64,000 nt of DNA, taken from IMG/VR virus record IMGVR_UViG_3300045988_162375, positions 746-64,745 of that record; one strand, 5' to 3'. This document shows positions 22,909 to 31,196 of the stretch, one piece after another. Under the pieces are notes generated by a model. It was not told where the DNA came from, searched no databases, and saw only the letters and a program-made list of their open reading frames with translations. Every line of letters starts with the position of its first letter. Position 1 is the first letter of the stretch. Source of the stretch: a virus. Both the position numbers and the translations under genes were made by a program.

Positions 22909-22982
22909 GACGCCTTGCCTGAATTGGTTAAAGGAGCTGCCTGCAAAGCAGTTTTGTGTGGGTTCGAGTCCTACAGGCGTCT
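22909..22982 (+). tRNA. tRNA-Cys(GCA)
   Basis: Acceptor GACGCCT/AGGCGTC, anticodon loop CTGCAAA, T-loop TTCGAGT. Confidence 0.75.
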
Positions 22983-22998
22983 CATTATAAATTTATAT

Positions 22999-23820
22999 TG
23001 CGGGGTAGAGCAGAGGCCAGCTCGTCAGCCTCATAACGGACTTATGTCTAAGATGAAGCTTGTCTACTTATTTATACGAACCTTTGTAAAGTTCGAAATT
23101 TTTTGTATATTTGTAGTATAAATTAATAATTAATACTATGAATAAATACTCAAAACAAGAACTAGAAACGTATATTTTAAAGGATAAACTTTCATATACA
23201 GCAATTGGAGGTATTTATGGAGTAACTGGAGCAGCAATAAAGAAAGCTGCTTTAAGGTATGGAATTATATTACCTAAAAAGAGAACCATAAATGCGAAAG
23301 AGAACTTTAGTCACAAAGGGAAATCTAAAGTAGACTCTTTTTCAGATTCAGAATTTATAGAAATTATTTCTAGTAACATTGGTTGGAAAAATATTGGATT
23401 TGCGCTGGGATATACTAACCGCCCATCAAGTGATGTTGTTTCAAATATAAAAAGTAGATGCTCGAAGTTAGGTATTGAGCCTATTATTGAACAACCTTCT
23501 CCAATACTATTTAAAACTAAGGGAGAATTATTATCTTCTAGAAAAAATTACCAAAGTTATAGAAGTTCTATTAGAAAACATGCTGAGTTAACCTATTTTA
23601 GATCAACTAAGGTTAAAAAATGTGCAATATGTGGATATGATAAACATATAGAAATTGCACATATTAAATCAGTAGCAGAGTTTGATGATTCTGTAACAAT
23701 TGCTGAAATCAATTCCGTTGATAATCTCATAGCTTTATGCCCTAACCATCATTGAGAATACGATAATGGATTGATTACGATATAAGCTGAAGGTCGGGGG
23801 TTCGAATCCCTCTCCCGCTA
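22999..23820 (+). tRNA. Split initiator-like tRNA(CAT): 5' part 22999-23036, 3' part 23786-23820, interrupted by a ~750-nt insertion encoding an HNH endonuclease
   Basis: 5' part TGCGGGG-TA-GAGCAGAGGCCAGCTC-G-TCAGC-CTCATAA closely resembles bacterial tRNA-fMet including the 1:72 mismatch; 3' part GCTGA-AGGTC-GGGGG-TTCGAAT-CCCTC-TCCCGCT-A supplies the complementary anticodon-stem strand, T arm and acceptor strand. Confidence 0.5.
23138..23755 (+). CDS. HNH homing endonuclease (inside the split tRNA(CAT))
   Basis: 205 aa; C-terminal HNH motifs (CAICGYDKHIEIAHIKS...LIALCPNHH); paralogous to the two HNH ORFs at 28.7 and 29.7 kb; contains no TGA. Confidence 0.65.
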   Translation: MNKYSKQELETYILKDKLSYTAIGGIYGVTGAAIKKAALRYGIILPKKRTINAKENFSHKGKSKVDSFSDSEFIEIISSNIGWKNIGFALGYTNRPSSDVVSNIKSRCSKLGIEPIIEQPSPILFKTKGELLSSRKNYQSYRSSIRKHAELTYFRSTKVKKCAICGYDKHIEIAHIKSVAEFDDSVTIAEINSVDNLIALCPNHH

Positions 23821-23878
23821 GAGTATACAGATAGTATACCTCCACGTGGTTATACTCGGGTAACGCTAAATTACTATC

Positions 23879-24523
23879 ATGGTTTGCATATATCGTATAA
23901 TAAATAAAATAAATAATAAACAATATGTAGGTAAAACTACAGTAGGAATCTGAAGAAGATGAAAGACTCACATAAGGGATTGTGAGAAAAGGGAAGAAGA
24001 AAGTCGTCCGCTGTATAGAGCTTTTCACAAGTATGGAATTTCTAATTTTAGAATTGAAATTTTAGAAGAATGCACTTTAGAAAAGTTATCAGAAAGGGAA
24101 ATCTATTGGATAAGTAAGCTTAATACTTATAAATTTGGGTATAACGCTACCAAGGGTGGAGATGGTTCACAGCTGTACAATTATGAGGAAATAGTAGCTC
24201 TTTATAAAGAAGTAAAGTATGTATGTAAAGTTGCAGAAATTGTGCAATGTTCAACCGATACTGTTAGTAAATGCTTAAAACTTTATCAAATTCCAGTATA
24301 CCATCATTTATCAGGTAATGTTAATTCTCCAAGAAAGATTCAGCAGTACTCTTTAGAAGGTGATTGATTATGTGAATTTAATTCAGTGCAGGAAGCTGCG
24401 GAGTGATTATATAATAATGGAAAGGTTAAAACTTTGAGTTCTGGAGTCCGAGGTCATATATCGGATGCCGCTAGAGGTAAAATAAAATCCGCATATAAAT
24501 ACACATGAAAATATAAACAATAA
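23879..24523 (+). CDS. GIY-YIG homing endonuclease, 215 codons with 5 in-frame TGA
   Basis: N-terminus MVCIYRIINKINNKQYVGKTT (GIY-YIG), YWISKLNTYKFGYN; track shows no ORF here because the gene is broken by TGA codons. Confidence 0.55.
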
Positions 24524-24591
24524 GGTGTCAAACAGCAAACTTTTACAATCGAATGACTTTTAATCATTAAATGATGTAGGGATACCTTTCT

Positions 24592-24665
24592 GGAACATAT
24601 GGTGTAATTGGCTAACATATCGCCCTGTCACGGCGAAGTTCGGGGTTCGAATCCCCTATGTTCCG
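24592..24665 (+). tRNA. tRNA-Asp(GTC)
   Basis: Acceptor GGAACAT/ATGTTCC, anticodon arm TCGCC-CTGTCAC-GGCGA, T-loop TTCGAAT. Confidence 0.8.
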
Positions 24666-24679
24666 CAAAATTATGATTT

Positions 24680-25066
24680 ATGGATGTAAAATGGCTATCT
24701 GATAAGTCTTTTGTAGTTAGGGGTACTACATATACTGTACAAGCTCCTGTTACTTTAGAGGAAGCTTTGGAAGAGATGCAAACTGCACTTTCCGAGATAA
24801 AAAAGAAAAAGGAGTATTATAAAGGTTTATTGGAAAAACTAAATTTCTCTGATTCTTTTTTGAATAAAGCTCCTATCAAAGTAATAGTAGATAAAATTAA
24901 AATTGAGGAAGATACATATAAAATGTTATTCTTTCTTAATGAAGAAGAATATAAATATACCTTGCATTTAAAAATCATTTTAAGAGTACTTGATTTTGTT
25001 AACCTAGCATATCAGGAACTTGACTATAAAATGAAACATAAATTAATTCCTGAAGATTTAGACTAA
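24680..25066 (+). CDS. hypothetical protein
   Basis: 128-aa ORF between GIY-YIG gene and tRNA-Ser. Confidence 0.35.
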   Translation: MDVKWLSDKSFVVRGTTYTVQAPVTLEEALEEMQTALSEIKKKKEYYKGLLEKLNFSDSFLNKAPIKVIVDKIKIEEDTYKMLFFLNEEEYKYTLHLKIILRVLDFVNLAYQELDYKMKHKLIPEDLD

Positions 25067-25134
25067 ATGATAGGTGCTGATCCTTTATAAATGTGAAAGG
25101 CTCTCAAGATATATCTAAATAATAGGAATGATTC

Positions 25135-25223
25135 GGAGGGTTGTCAGAGTTGGTTTATTGTGTCACTCTTGAAAAGTGATGTACGTGATGAGCGTACCAG
25201 GGGTTCGAATCCCTTACCCTCCG
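25135..25223 (+). tRNA. tRNA-Ser(TGA), type II
   Basis: Acceptor GGAGGGT/ACCCTCC, anticodon arm TCACT-CTTGAAA-AGTGA, long variable arm, G73. Confidence 0.8.
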
Positions 25224-25294
25224 CGCGGTAGTAGTTCTTTGTGAAATTCTCTGCGGTATACAGTTAGTGGAAGCATAAAAGAATTTCACTTTAA

Positions 25295-25366
25295 GCACCT
25301 TTGGTGTAATTGGTAACACGATGGTCTCCAAAACCATAGTTTAGAGTTCAAGTCTTTAAGGGTGTG
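25295..25366 (+). tRNA. tRNA-Trp(CCA)
   Basis: Anticodon arm ATGGT-CTCCAAA-ACCAT, T arm TAGAG-TTCAAGT-CTTTA, acceptor GCACCTT/AGGGTGT with G1-U72. Confidence 0.7.
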
Positions 25367-25423
25367 CATAGTTTTATTATTATTTATTACAAAGTCTCTT
25401 CAGCAAAATTTATAGCATGGGGG

Positions 25424-25495
25424 CACTACGGTCACAGGTTCAATTCCTGTTTAATAGAAAAGTTCTATTAATAGCTCAGTTGGTAGAGCATAGTT
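25424..25495 (+). tRNA. Inverted-order tRNA halves (3' half 25424-25458 immediately upstream of a complementary 5' half 25465-25495): candidate permuted tRNA gene or remnant
   Basis: 3' half: CACTA-CGGTC-ACAGG-TTCAATT-CCTGT-TTAATAG-A; 5' half: CTATTAA-TA-GCTC-AGTTGGTA-GAGC-A-TAGTT; acceptor strands are perfectly complementary and anticodon-stem strands pair 4/5. Confidence 0.3.
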
Positions 25496-25516
25496 AAAAA
25501 TATAGAGACTTTATAT

Positions 25517-25607
25517 CTGGGTATGGAGGAGTCAGGTCAACCTCGCTGGTTTTGGGAACCAGAGCAAGCTGTAATGGCGGGCGCAAGTTCGAATCTTGCT
25601 ATCCAGA
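25517..25607 (+). tRNA. tRNA with anticodon TGG (Pro-like, G37) but an unusually long (~20 nt) variable region, 91 nt
   Basis: Acceptor CTGGGTA/TATCCAG, D arm GAGG-AGTCAGGTCAA-CCTC, anticodon arm CTGGT-TTTGGGA-ACCAG, T arm GCAAG-TTCGAAT-CTTGC. Confidence 0.4.
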
Positions 25608-25623
25608 CAATATTTAAAAATAT

Positions 25624-26199
25624 ATGAATAAGATAGATAAATATTTAAGAAGGTTTGCATACAAAATTGAAACCTCTGAGACAAAGGAATCTAGGTATTA
25701 TACTATTGGGGATTTAATCGTTAGAGTATCTAATCATATTGGGAAAAATTCTTCTGGGAATATATCAATAATTATTGACAGAAATAATTATATACTTTAT
25801 GTTCCATCAACTAATAAAGTAAGTCTTATTTCTTATGAGGAGTGTAAAACTTTAATCAGAGGTATTGTATTACATGCTTCTTTATTTTTGGTTGGAGATT
25901 CTACATATCAAAAAAGTCTTGTTAAGGAGAATGAAGAGTTAAAATTTCAGATTAGTAATTTAAAGCAGAAAATAAATATTCAGGAAAGACAATTAATTCC
26001 GAAGAAAAAACCAAATGATACGTCTATCAAAGTAATTCGAGCTATTTTAATAAATTTAGAAAAGTGCAAAAAGAAAAAAATTAAAGTTAAGTATGGCTCT
26101 TGTGAATTTCAAACGTTACCTGACAGTACGATTTATGAAATTTGGAAAGATCCAGAAATTCGAAAATATGTTAAAGAACTTAAAATTAATTTAATATGA
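25624..26199 (+). CDS. hypothetical protein
   Basis: 191-aa ORF. Confidence 0.35.
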   Translation: MNKIDKYLRRFAYKIETSETKESRYYTIGDLIVRVSNHIGKNSSGNISIIIDRNNYILYVPSTNKVSLISYEECKTLIRGIVLHASLFLVGDSTYQKSLVKENEELKFQISNLKQKINIQERQLIPKKKPNDTSIKVIRAILINLEKCKKKKIKVKYGSCEFQTLPDSTIYEIWKDPEIRKYVKELKINLI

Positions 26200-26981
26200 A
26201 ATTAAATGTATTGCTCGCAAAACTGGAGCAGGGTGCTTCCCAGTTTAAAGCTCTCCTTCGAGATTATACAACCTTCTTTAAGAAGGAGTCAGACAACTTT
26301 CGAGGTGTTAAAAATACCTACGAACCTCGTCCTGACACTGTAGATCTTCCCAGTGAACGTAAACTCATTGCGGTTGTAACAACTGTAGATGAGAAATTCG
26401 ACTATTTCACTAATATGGTAAAAAGCTATATCAGTGAGATGTTTAATTGTGAAGCAACTAATGCATCGGGAACTGCTCGTGCAGATCTGGTTGTGGATGG
26501 TAATGTAATTGCTAATCTGAGCAGTCTGGAGCTTCTTAAGCTCAAGTCATTTCTGGAAAATCCTCAGCTTCAGGAGATGTTCCAGAACATTCCCGTTCGT
26601 AAAGATTCTGAGATCTGGGAACCATGTACTGAAGAAATGTATGCAGGTCGAGCAATTATGCAGTCTCCCCTTCTGAAAGGTACTAAAAAGTCTATCACTA
26701 AGACTCAGTACATTTTGGAAGATCCGAATGTTCAGAAGCTCGGCAATGCAACTCACTATCAGCCCCAAATTGCAGTAAAAGATACTGTGATGGAACTTGG
26801 TGATTATACCATGCAGCGTTTCTCTGGTGAGTGGACCCCTCGTCAGCGAGCATTAGCTCTTCAGCGTAGAAGTACTCTTCTGTCAGCAACTATTGCTGCA
26901 CTGAAAGTAGCAAATGAGGTAGAAGCAGTAAAATCCAATCTGGATTCAGAATGGCTGCTGAACTATCTCCAAGGTAGGTAA
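26196..26981 (+). CDS. hypothetical protein
   Basis: 261-aa ORF, moderately higher GC, start overlaps upstream stop. Confidence 0.4.
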   Translation: MKLNVLLAKLEQGASQFKALLRDYTTFFKKESDNFRGVKNTYEPRPDTVDLPSERKLIAVVTTVDEKFDYFTNMVKSYISEMFNCEATNASGTARADLVVDGNVIANLSSLELLKLKSFLENPQLQEMFQNIPVRKDSEIWEPCTEEMYAGRAIMQSPLLKGTKKSITKTQYILEDPNVQKLGNATHYQPQIAVKDTVMELGDYTMQRFSGEWTPRQRALALQRRSTLLSATIAALKVANEVEAVKSNLDSEWLLNYLQGR

Positions 26982-27148
26982 TAAAACAAACAAAATATTT
27001 GACGATAGACTTAGCTTCAGACTTAGACTAAGTAGCAAAGAGCTGTAATATCCTAGATAAATTACAAGGAGCTACATAAGATTTAGTGTCGCGTCAAAAG
27101 CTTTAGTCTCAAAGTTAATAAGGATGTGCTAATTCACTAATAAAAAAA

Positions 27149-27232
27149 TCATAAGACTGGGGGTTCGAGTCCCCCATTCGCCGCTAATTAAATCACTATA
27201 TGGCGAATTGGAGAAATGGTTAACTCGTATGA
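27149..27232 (+). tRNA. Second inverted-order tRNA half pair (3' half 27149-27183, 18-nt spacer, 5' half 27202-27232)
   Basis: 3' half: TCATA-AGACT-GGGGG-TTCGAGT-CCCCC-ATTCGCC-G; 5' half: GGCGAAT-TG-GAG-AAATGGTTAA-CTC-G-TATGA; acceptor and anticodon-stem strands are perfectly complementary. Confidence 0.3.
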
Positions 27233-27342
27233 ATACAATAAGTTAAAGTGAATTAGATGCACATTATCGTACAATATTTAAAAATACTGTAATTCATCAA
27301 TGAAGGAGAAGTAAGCGGGCCATGCTTGCTTCTCCATTTTAT

Positions 27343-27422
27343 GGCCCTGTAAGCAAATTGGTAAAGCTGCTTATATATTCTAGGTTCATAAGTGTGTGGA
27401 GGTTCGAATCCTTCCATGGCCA
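27343..27422 (+). tRNA. tRNA-like gene with a 13-nt anticodon loop (anticodon undetermined)
   Basis: Acceptor GGCCCTG/CATGGCC, U8, D arm AGC-AAATTGGTAA-GCT, stem CTTAT/ATAAG enclosing ATATTCTAGGTTC, T arm GGAGG-TTCGAAT-CCTTC. Confidence 0.3.
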
Positions 27423-27522
27423 CATGGTTTTCGTAATTTGATTTGTTTTAGTGAAAGGTAACTTACAGCAAATTTAAGTATAATTCGTCTGTTAATTATT
27501 CATAGTTACCTAGTTTTAAGGA

Positions 27523-27609
27523 GCGGGTATGGCGCAATTGGTAGCGCAGAGCACTTTTAATGCTAAGGGAGCCGAAAGGCCGTTCAGGGTTCAAGTCCCT
27601 GTGCCCGCA
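27523..27609 (+). tRNA. Type-II-fold tRNA (19-nt variable arm, A73) with anticodon loop CTTTTAA (TTT, Lys-type)
   Basis: Acceptor GCGGGTA/TGCCCGC, D arm GCGC-AATTGGTA-GCGC, anticodon stem GAGCA/TGCTA (one mismatch), variable GGGAGCCGAAAGGCCGTT, T arm CAGGG-TTCAAGT-CCCTG. Confidence 0.45.
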
Positions 27610-27801
27610 CTATTTTTTGGATATATAAAATAAAGTTATTATCTTTGTAACACAAGGTTACTTCAGCAAGCTTCTTCTACTGAATTGTATTTTGTTGAAC
27701 AGCGATCTGGGTTCGAGTCCCAGTTATAGGAAACTTCAGGGCTGAGAAGTACTATAGTCGTCTAATGGTAGGATGTAAATTAGAGTAACCTAGCCCAATA
27801 T

Positions 27802-27885
27802 GTACAGATGGCCGAGTGGTCGATGGCACAAGACTGTTAATCTTGCAGATTTATCTCACCGTAGGTTCGATTCCTGCTCTGTACG
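27802..27885 (+). tRNA. Ser-like type-II tRNA (G73, 15-nt variable arm) with anticodon loop CTGTTAA (GTT, Asn-type; one change from Ser GCT)
   Basis: Acceptor GTACAGA/TCTGTAC, D arm GCC-GAGTGGTCGAT-GGC, anticodon arm CAAGA-CTGTTAA-TCTTG, variable CAGATTTATCTCACC, T arm GTAGG-TTCGATT-CCTGC. Confidence 0.5.
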
Positions 27886-27903
27886 CTTAAACTTTAATGA
27901 AAA

Positions 27904-28362
27904 ATGATAAAGATTTATCTTGCAGGTCCGTTTTTCAATGAAAAAGAACGGCATCTTGTAGAAACTGCAGCACTCATTCTGCGTAATCAAGGATATGAAG
28001 TTATAGTTCCTATGGAACACTTCATTGAAAATGGTGAAAAGTTAACTAATGAAGAGTGGGCACGTAAAGTATTTGAATATGATGTAGAGCAAATCAGAAA
28101 TGCAGATTGTATACTTGCAATTTATCATGGTCATTACTCTGATAGTGGTACTGCATGGGAAATAGGCTTTGCATTTGCACATGATACAACTTGTATTGTT
28201 GCTCATGTTGATCCAAGTATTACAGCAAGTATCATGCCTGTTACTGGATGCTACTACAATATTAAATTCTCAGATATTGGTAAGATAGATCTGAAGAATT
28301 TACTTGATAATGAAAGGCCTTCTTCCAGAGGATTGAATGCTTGGATAGTAGAGCAGAAGTAA
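27904..28362 (+). CDS. nucleoside 2-deoxyribosyltransferase-family protein
   Basis: N-terminal IYLAGPFF motif and GTAWEIGFA region typical of Nuc_deoxyrib_tr/DNPH1-like proteins. Confidence 0.5.
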   Translation: MIKIYLAGPFFNEKERHLVETAALILRNQGYEVIVPMEHFIENGEKLTNEEWARKVFEYDVEQIRNADCILAIYHGHYSDSGTAWEIGFAFAHDTTCIVAHVDPSITASIMPVTGCYYNIKFSDIGKIDLKNLLDNERPSSRGLNAWIVEQK

Positions 28363-28576
28363 CACAACTAGGATTTGTAGTGAAATGTAAAGCCGAGAGT
28401 GCGGTATGGACATTGCAGGCTCTGATATGAAGGCACTCTAATCTATCAGTATTAGTCCAGAGATCAGAAATGATTCAAAGCGAAAATTTCATAGTTGTGT
28501 TTTTACAAGGTCTCTTACAGCAACCTTTATTTAGCAATAGACTTTTAATCTACGGAGCTTTATAGAGACCTTTTAT

Positions 28577-28648
28577 GAGGTATTGGTGTTAGTGATAGCA
28601 TATGTGACTTCCAATCACAAGGGGAGAGTTTGAATCTCTTATACCTCT
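28577..28648 (+). tRNA. tRNA-Gly(TCC)
   Basis: Acceptor GAGGTAT/ATACCTC, anticodon arm TGTGA-CTTCCAA-TCACA, T-loop TTTGAAT. Confidence 0.75.
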
Positions 28649-28683
28649 CAATTGTAACTAATAATTATTAATAAACTAAATTA

Positions 28684-29418
28684 ATGAAACGTTTTAAAGA
28701 ACTTTCAGATGATATAATCAGAACTGTGTGAAATAACAGTAAAAGTTTGTTTGAAATTTGTAAAAAGTTAGAAATTCATGATAATATTTCTAATAGAAAT
28801 AAATTAAAAGAATGGGCAGTTAAAAATAAAGTGGAGATTCCTGTTACTAACATACTTACAAAAGATAGTTATGAAAAGAATCCTAAACTATGTAAACAAT
28901 GCGGAAGTGCAATTTCATGAAGTAAGAGAGCCAATGACTTTTGTTCCCATTCATGCAGTGCTACATATATAAATTTAAAAAGAGGCGCTAAGTCAAGTGG
29001 TAAGTATGTTCGTGGTGCTACTTCTATCTGTGTAAATTGTGGAAATGTAGTACCTGCAAGAAATCAATATTGTAATCACAAATGCCAAGCTGAATATGCC
29101 TACAAGGAATTTATCAAACGCTGAAAAGAAGGTAAAGAATTAGGAATGGCAGGTGAAGATGGATTATCTGCACATATTCGACGATATTTATTAGAGAAGG
29201 CTAATTATACCTGTGAAATTCCAGGATGTGGATGTAATTTCATTAATTCTTATACTAATTTATCCATTCTTCAGGTACATCATATTGATGGAGATGCAAC
29301 TAACAATAAAGAAGAAAATCTCCAGGTTTTGTGTCCAAATCATCATGCAATGACTGAACATTTTGGATCAAGGAATAAAAATAGTACTAGACGATATCGA
29401 TACTCTAAAAATAAATAG
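28684..29418 (+). CDS. HNH endonuclease, free-standing between tRNA genes, ~245 codons with 3 in-frame TGA
   Basis: Frame from MKRFKELSDDIIRTV-W-NNSK... runs through 3 TGA into track ORF 29146-29418 (HHIDGD...NLQVLCPNHH); N-terminus paralogous to the 23138 HNH. Confidence 0.55.
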
Positions 29419-29644
29419 TTTATAGGCTAGCTCAAAGCCTATTCGAACAAACTACCGAAGTACAAGGTAATGAGCACTCCCTAAATGTTAGGGTAAAGTC
29501 GATGCTGATAGACAATAAAGAAACAAGTTAGTTTCATTCAGCAATTTTAGCGGCGTAATAACTCTTAACATATAAATTGATCATTTGTATGGAGTTTCTG
29601 TGGCAATAAAAAATCAGACGTGCAAACTACGATAGTGTTTATAA

Positions 29645-29726
29645 GCCTCCTTGGCACAGCGGCGACTGCAACGGTTTTGTAATCCGTCTTCATTTGAACG
29701 CGTCGGTTCGAGTCCGACAGGAGGCT
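29645..29726 (+). tRNA. tRNA with 14-nt variable arm and anticodon region TTTTGTAAT (TGT by canonical numbering, ambiguous)
   Basis: Perfect acceptor GCCTCCT/AGGAGGC, T arm GTCGG-TTCGAGT-CCGAC, variable CTTCATTTGAACGC, anticodon stem ACGG(T)/(T)CCGT with a 31-39 mismatch. Confidence 0.4.
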
Positions 29727-29742
29727 CTAAAATACTATAATT

Positions 29743-30309
29743 ATGAAACAATCAAAATATGATTATAATTTATTAAATAAATGAATTAATGAGGAGAATC
29801 TCAGTTATGAAGAAATAGGTCGTAAGTATGGAGTTACTGGGAATGCTATTAAGAAAGCAGCTAAACGTATTGGTGTTACTTTAACTCCTAGGAAAGCTCT
29901 AAAGACTCTTAAGAGTGTAAGAATCAGGAAATGTATAAATTGTGACAAAGTGCTCGATTATACCGCTGCTAAATTTTGTTCAAAACACTGTCAATGAGAT
30001 TTCCAATACAAAAAATATATTTCTTTGTGAAAAAGTGGCAAAGTAAACGGAATTACTGGGAAAGCTGATATTTCATCACATGTTAGACGTTATTTATTTG
30101 AAAAATACCATTCAAAATGTCAAATATGTGGATGATCTCAAATAAATCCTGTAACTGGTAAGATCCCTTTACAAATTCATCATATAGATGGAGACTGTTT
30201 AAATAATAAAGAAAATAATCTTCAATTGTTGTGCCCTAATTGCCATTCTTTAACTTCAACTTTTGGAAGTCTAAATCCCAATAGTAAAAGGAGTTACAGA
30301 AGACATTAA
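29743..30309 (+). CDS. HNH endonuclease, free-standing, 189 codons with 4 in-frame TGA
   Basis: MKQSKYDYNLLNK-W-INEENLSYEEIGRKYGVTGNAIKKAAKRIGV..., C-terminal HHIDGD...LLCPNCH; paralog of the 23138 and 28684 genes. Confidence 0.55.
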
Positions 30310-30321
30310 ATTTTATAGATG

Positions 30322-30394
30322 GGGGAGCATGTACCAAGGCTGGCGATAGACACTTGCAATGTCTGTGTGGTGAGTTCGATTCTCATCTTCTCCA
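30322..30394 (+). tRNA. tRNA-Ala(TGC)
   Basis: G3-U70 pair in acceptor GGGGAGC/CTTCTCC, anticodon arm AGACA-CTTGCAA-TGTCT, T-loop TTCGATT; D arm irregular. Confidence 0.6.
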
Positions 30395-30513
30395 CAATCT
30401 TCTATAAACTAGAGTTCTATATAGAAAGAGTACTGTAATCTGTTAAGGGCTTATAAATCAGACGTTAAAGAAAAAAGTCTTCGGGGCTGAAGAGCCCTGC
30501 TATGAACTTAATT

Positions 30514-30540
30514 CCAGTAGAAATACTGGAATTTTTTATT
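30514..30540 (+). terminator. Rho-independent terminator-like hairpin
   Basis: CCAGTA-GAAA-TACTGG followed by AATTTTTTATT. Confidence 0.45.
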
Positions 30541-30613
30541 GGGACTGCGGTGTGCGTGGTGCGCTCGTTGGACTGAAAATCCAAAGGTGAACGTTCGACT
30601 CGTTCCAGTCCCA
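30541..30613 (+). tRNA. tRNA-Phe(GAA)
   Basis: Acceptor GGGACTG/CAGTCCC, anticodon arm TTGGA-CTGAAAA-TCCAA, T arm GAACG-TTCGACT-CGTTC. Confidence 0.8.
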
Positions 30614-30700
30614 CTAATAGGCTACATACAGCAATTAGCTTCTTAATGTATTTTTTTGGATGATAGTGCAGCCTTTCTTTGAAATTAATTATTACAAAAT

Positions 30701-31189
30701 ATGACTTGGTATTTAATTTTATTAGTAATCTCTGCTTGTATCTTAATTGGACAGACAGTCTTATCCTTTATTGGAGGAGAGATTGATGTTGATATGGATA
30801 CAGACATAGATTCGAGTGACATGTTATCTTTTAAGGGTATTGTTCACTTTGTATTTGGATTTTCTCTAACATTGACTACAATGGGAGGAGTTTCAGTACT
30901 ATCTACTTTCGTAGCTGTTTTGGTAGGATTGTTATTTACTATGATTCTGTTCTATCTTTACAGATACATATATAAGCATCTTCGTCAAGAAATCATCTAT
31001 CAAGATGAAATTAAGGATACTCCCGCACAGGTTTATTATTGGGACTCCGAGTTAAATAAAGGAGAGGTAGTAGTAAAGCTGGAAGGAAGATTAGTATATG
31101 TGGATGCAACATCCACAAAGAATGTTAACTATCAACCTGGAGAATCAGTTATAGTGGAAGGTACACGACATCAAGTAACAATTAAATAA
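30701..31189 (+). CDS. NfeD-like membrane protein (partner of SPFH protein)
   Basis: 162 aa; N-terminal TM helices and C-terminal beta-rich soluble domain; immediately upstream of a flotillin-like gene. Confidence 0.45.
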   Translation: MTWYLILLVISACILIGQTVLSFIGGEIDVDMDTDIDSSDMLSFKGIVHFVFGFSLTLTTMGGVSVLSTFVAVLVGLLFTMILFYLYRYIYKHLRQEIIYQDEIKDTPAQVYYWDSELNKGEVVVKLEGRLVYVDATSTKNVNYQPGESVIVEGTRHQVTIK

Positions 31190-31196
31190 TTAAAAG

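Noticed and set aside
22988-23060. Reading 22999-23060 as a complete conventional tRNA
   Set aside because: No T arm or 3' acceptor strand follows the anticodon loop. The matching 3' half lies ~750 nt downstream
27303-27337. Hairpin GGAGAAG-(17 nt)-CTTCTCC resembling a tRNA-Ala acceptor-strand pair
   Set aside because: No T arm or D arm nearby. Likely a simple stem-loop or terminator upstream of the 27343 tRNA-like gene
28680-29420. 1-nt disagreement between my hand-derived coordinates and the ORF track near 29146-29418
   Set aside because: Treated as an indexing ambiguity. Gene boundaries here were anchored on the track (28684-29418), and frame continuity was verified by codon-by-codon reading rather than by coordinates
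18000-30700. Candidate UGA suppressor among the CTC-loop tRNAs (reading YTCTCAR as containing TCA)
   Set aside because: With the only available 5-bp stems the loops are 7 nt and canonical numbering gives CTC. No stem shift yields a TCA anticodon
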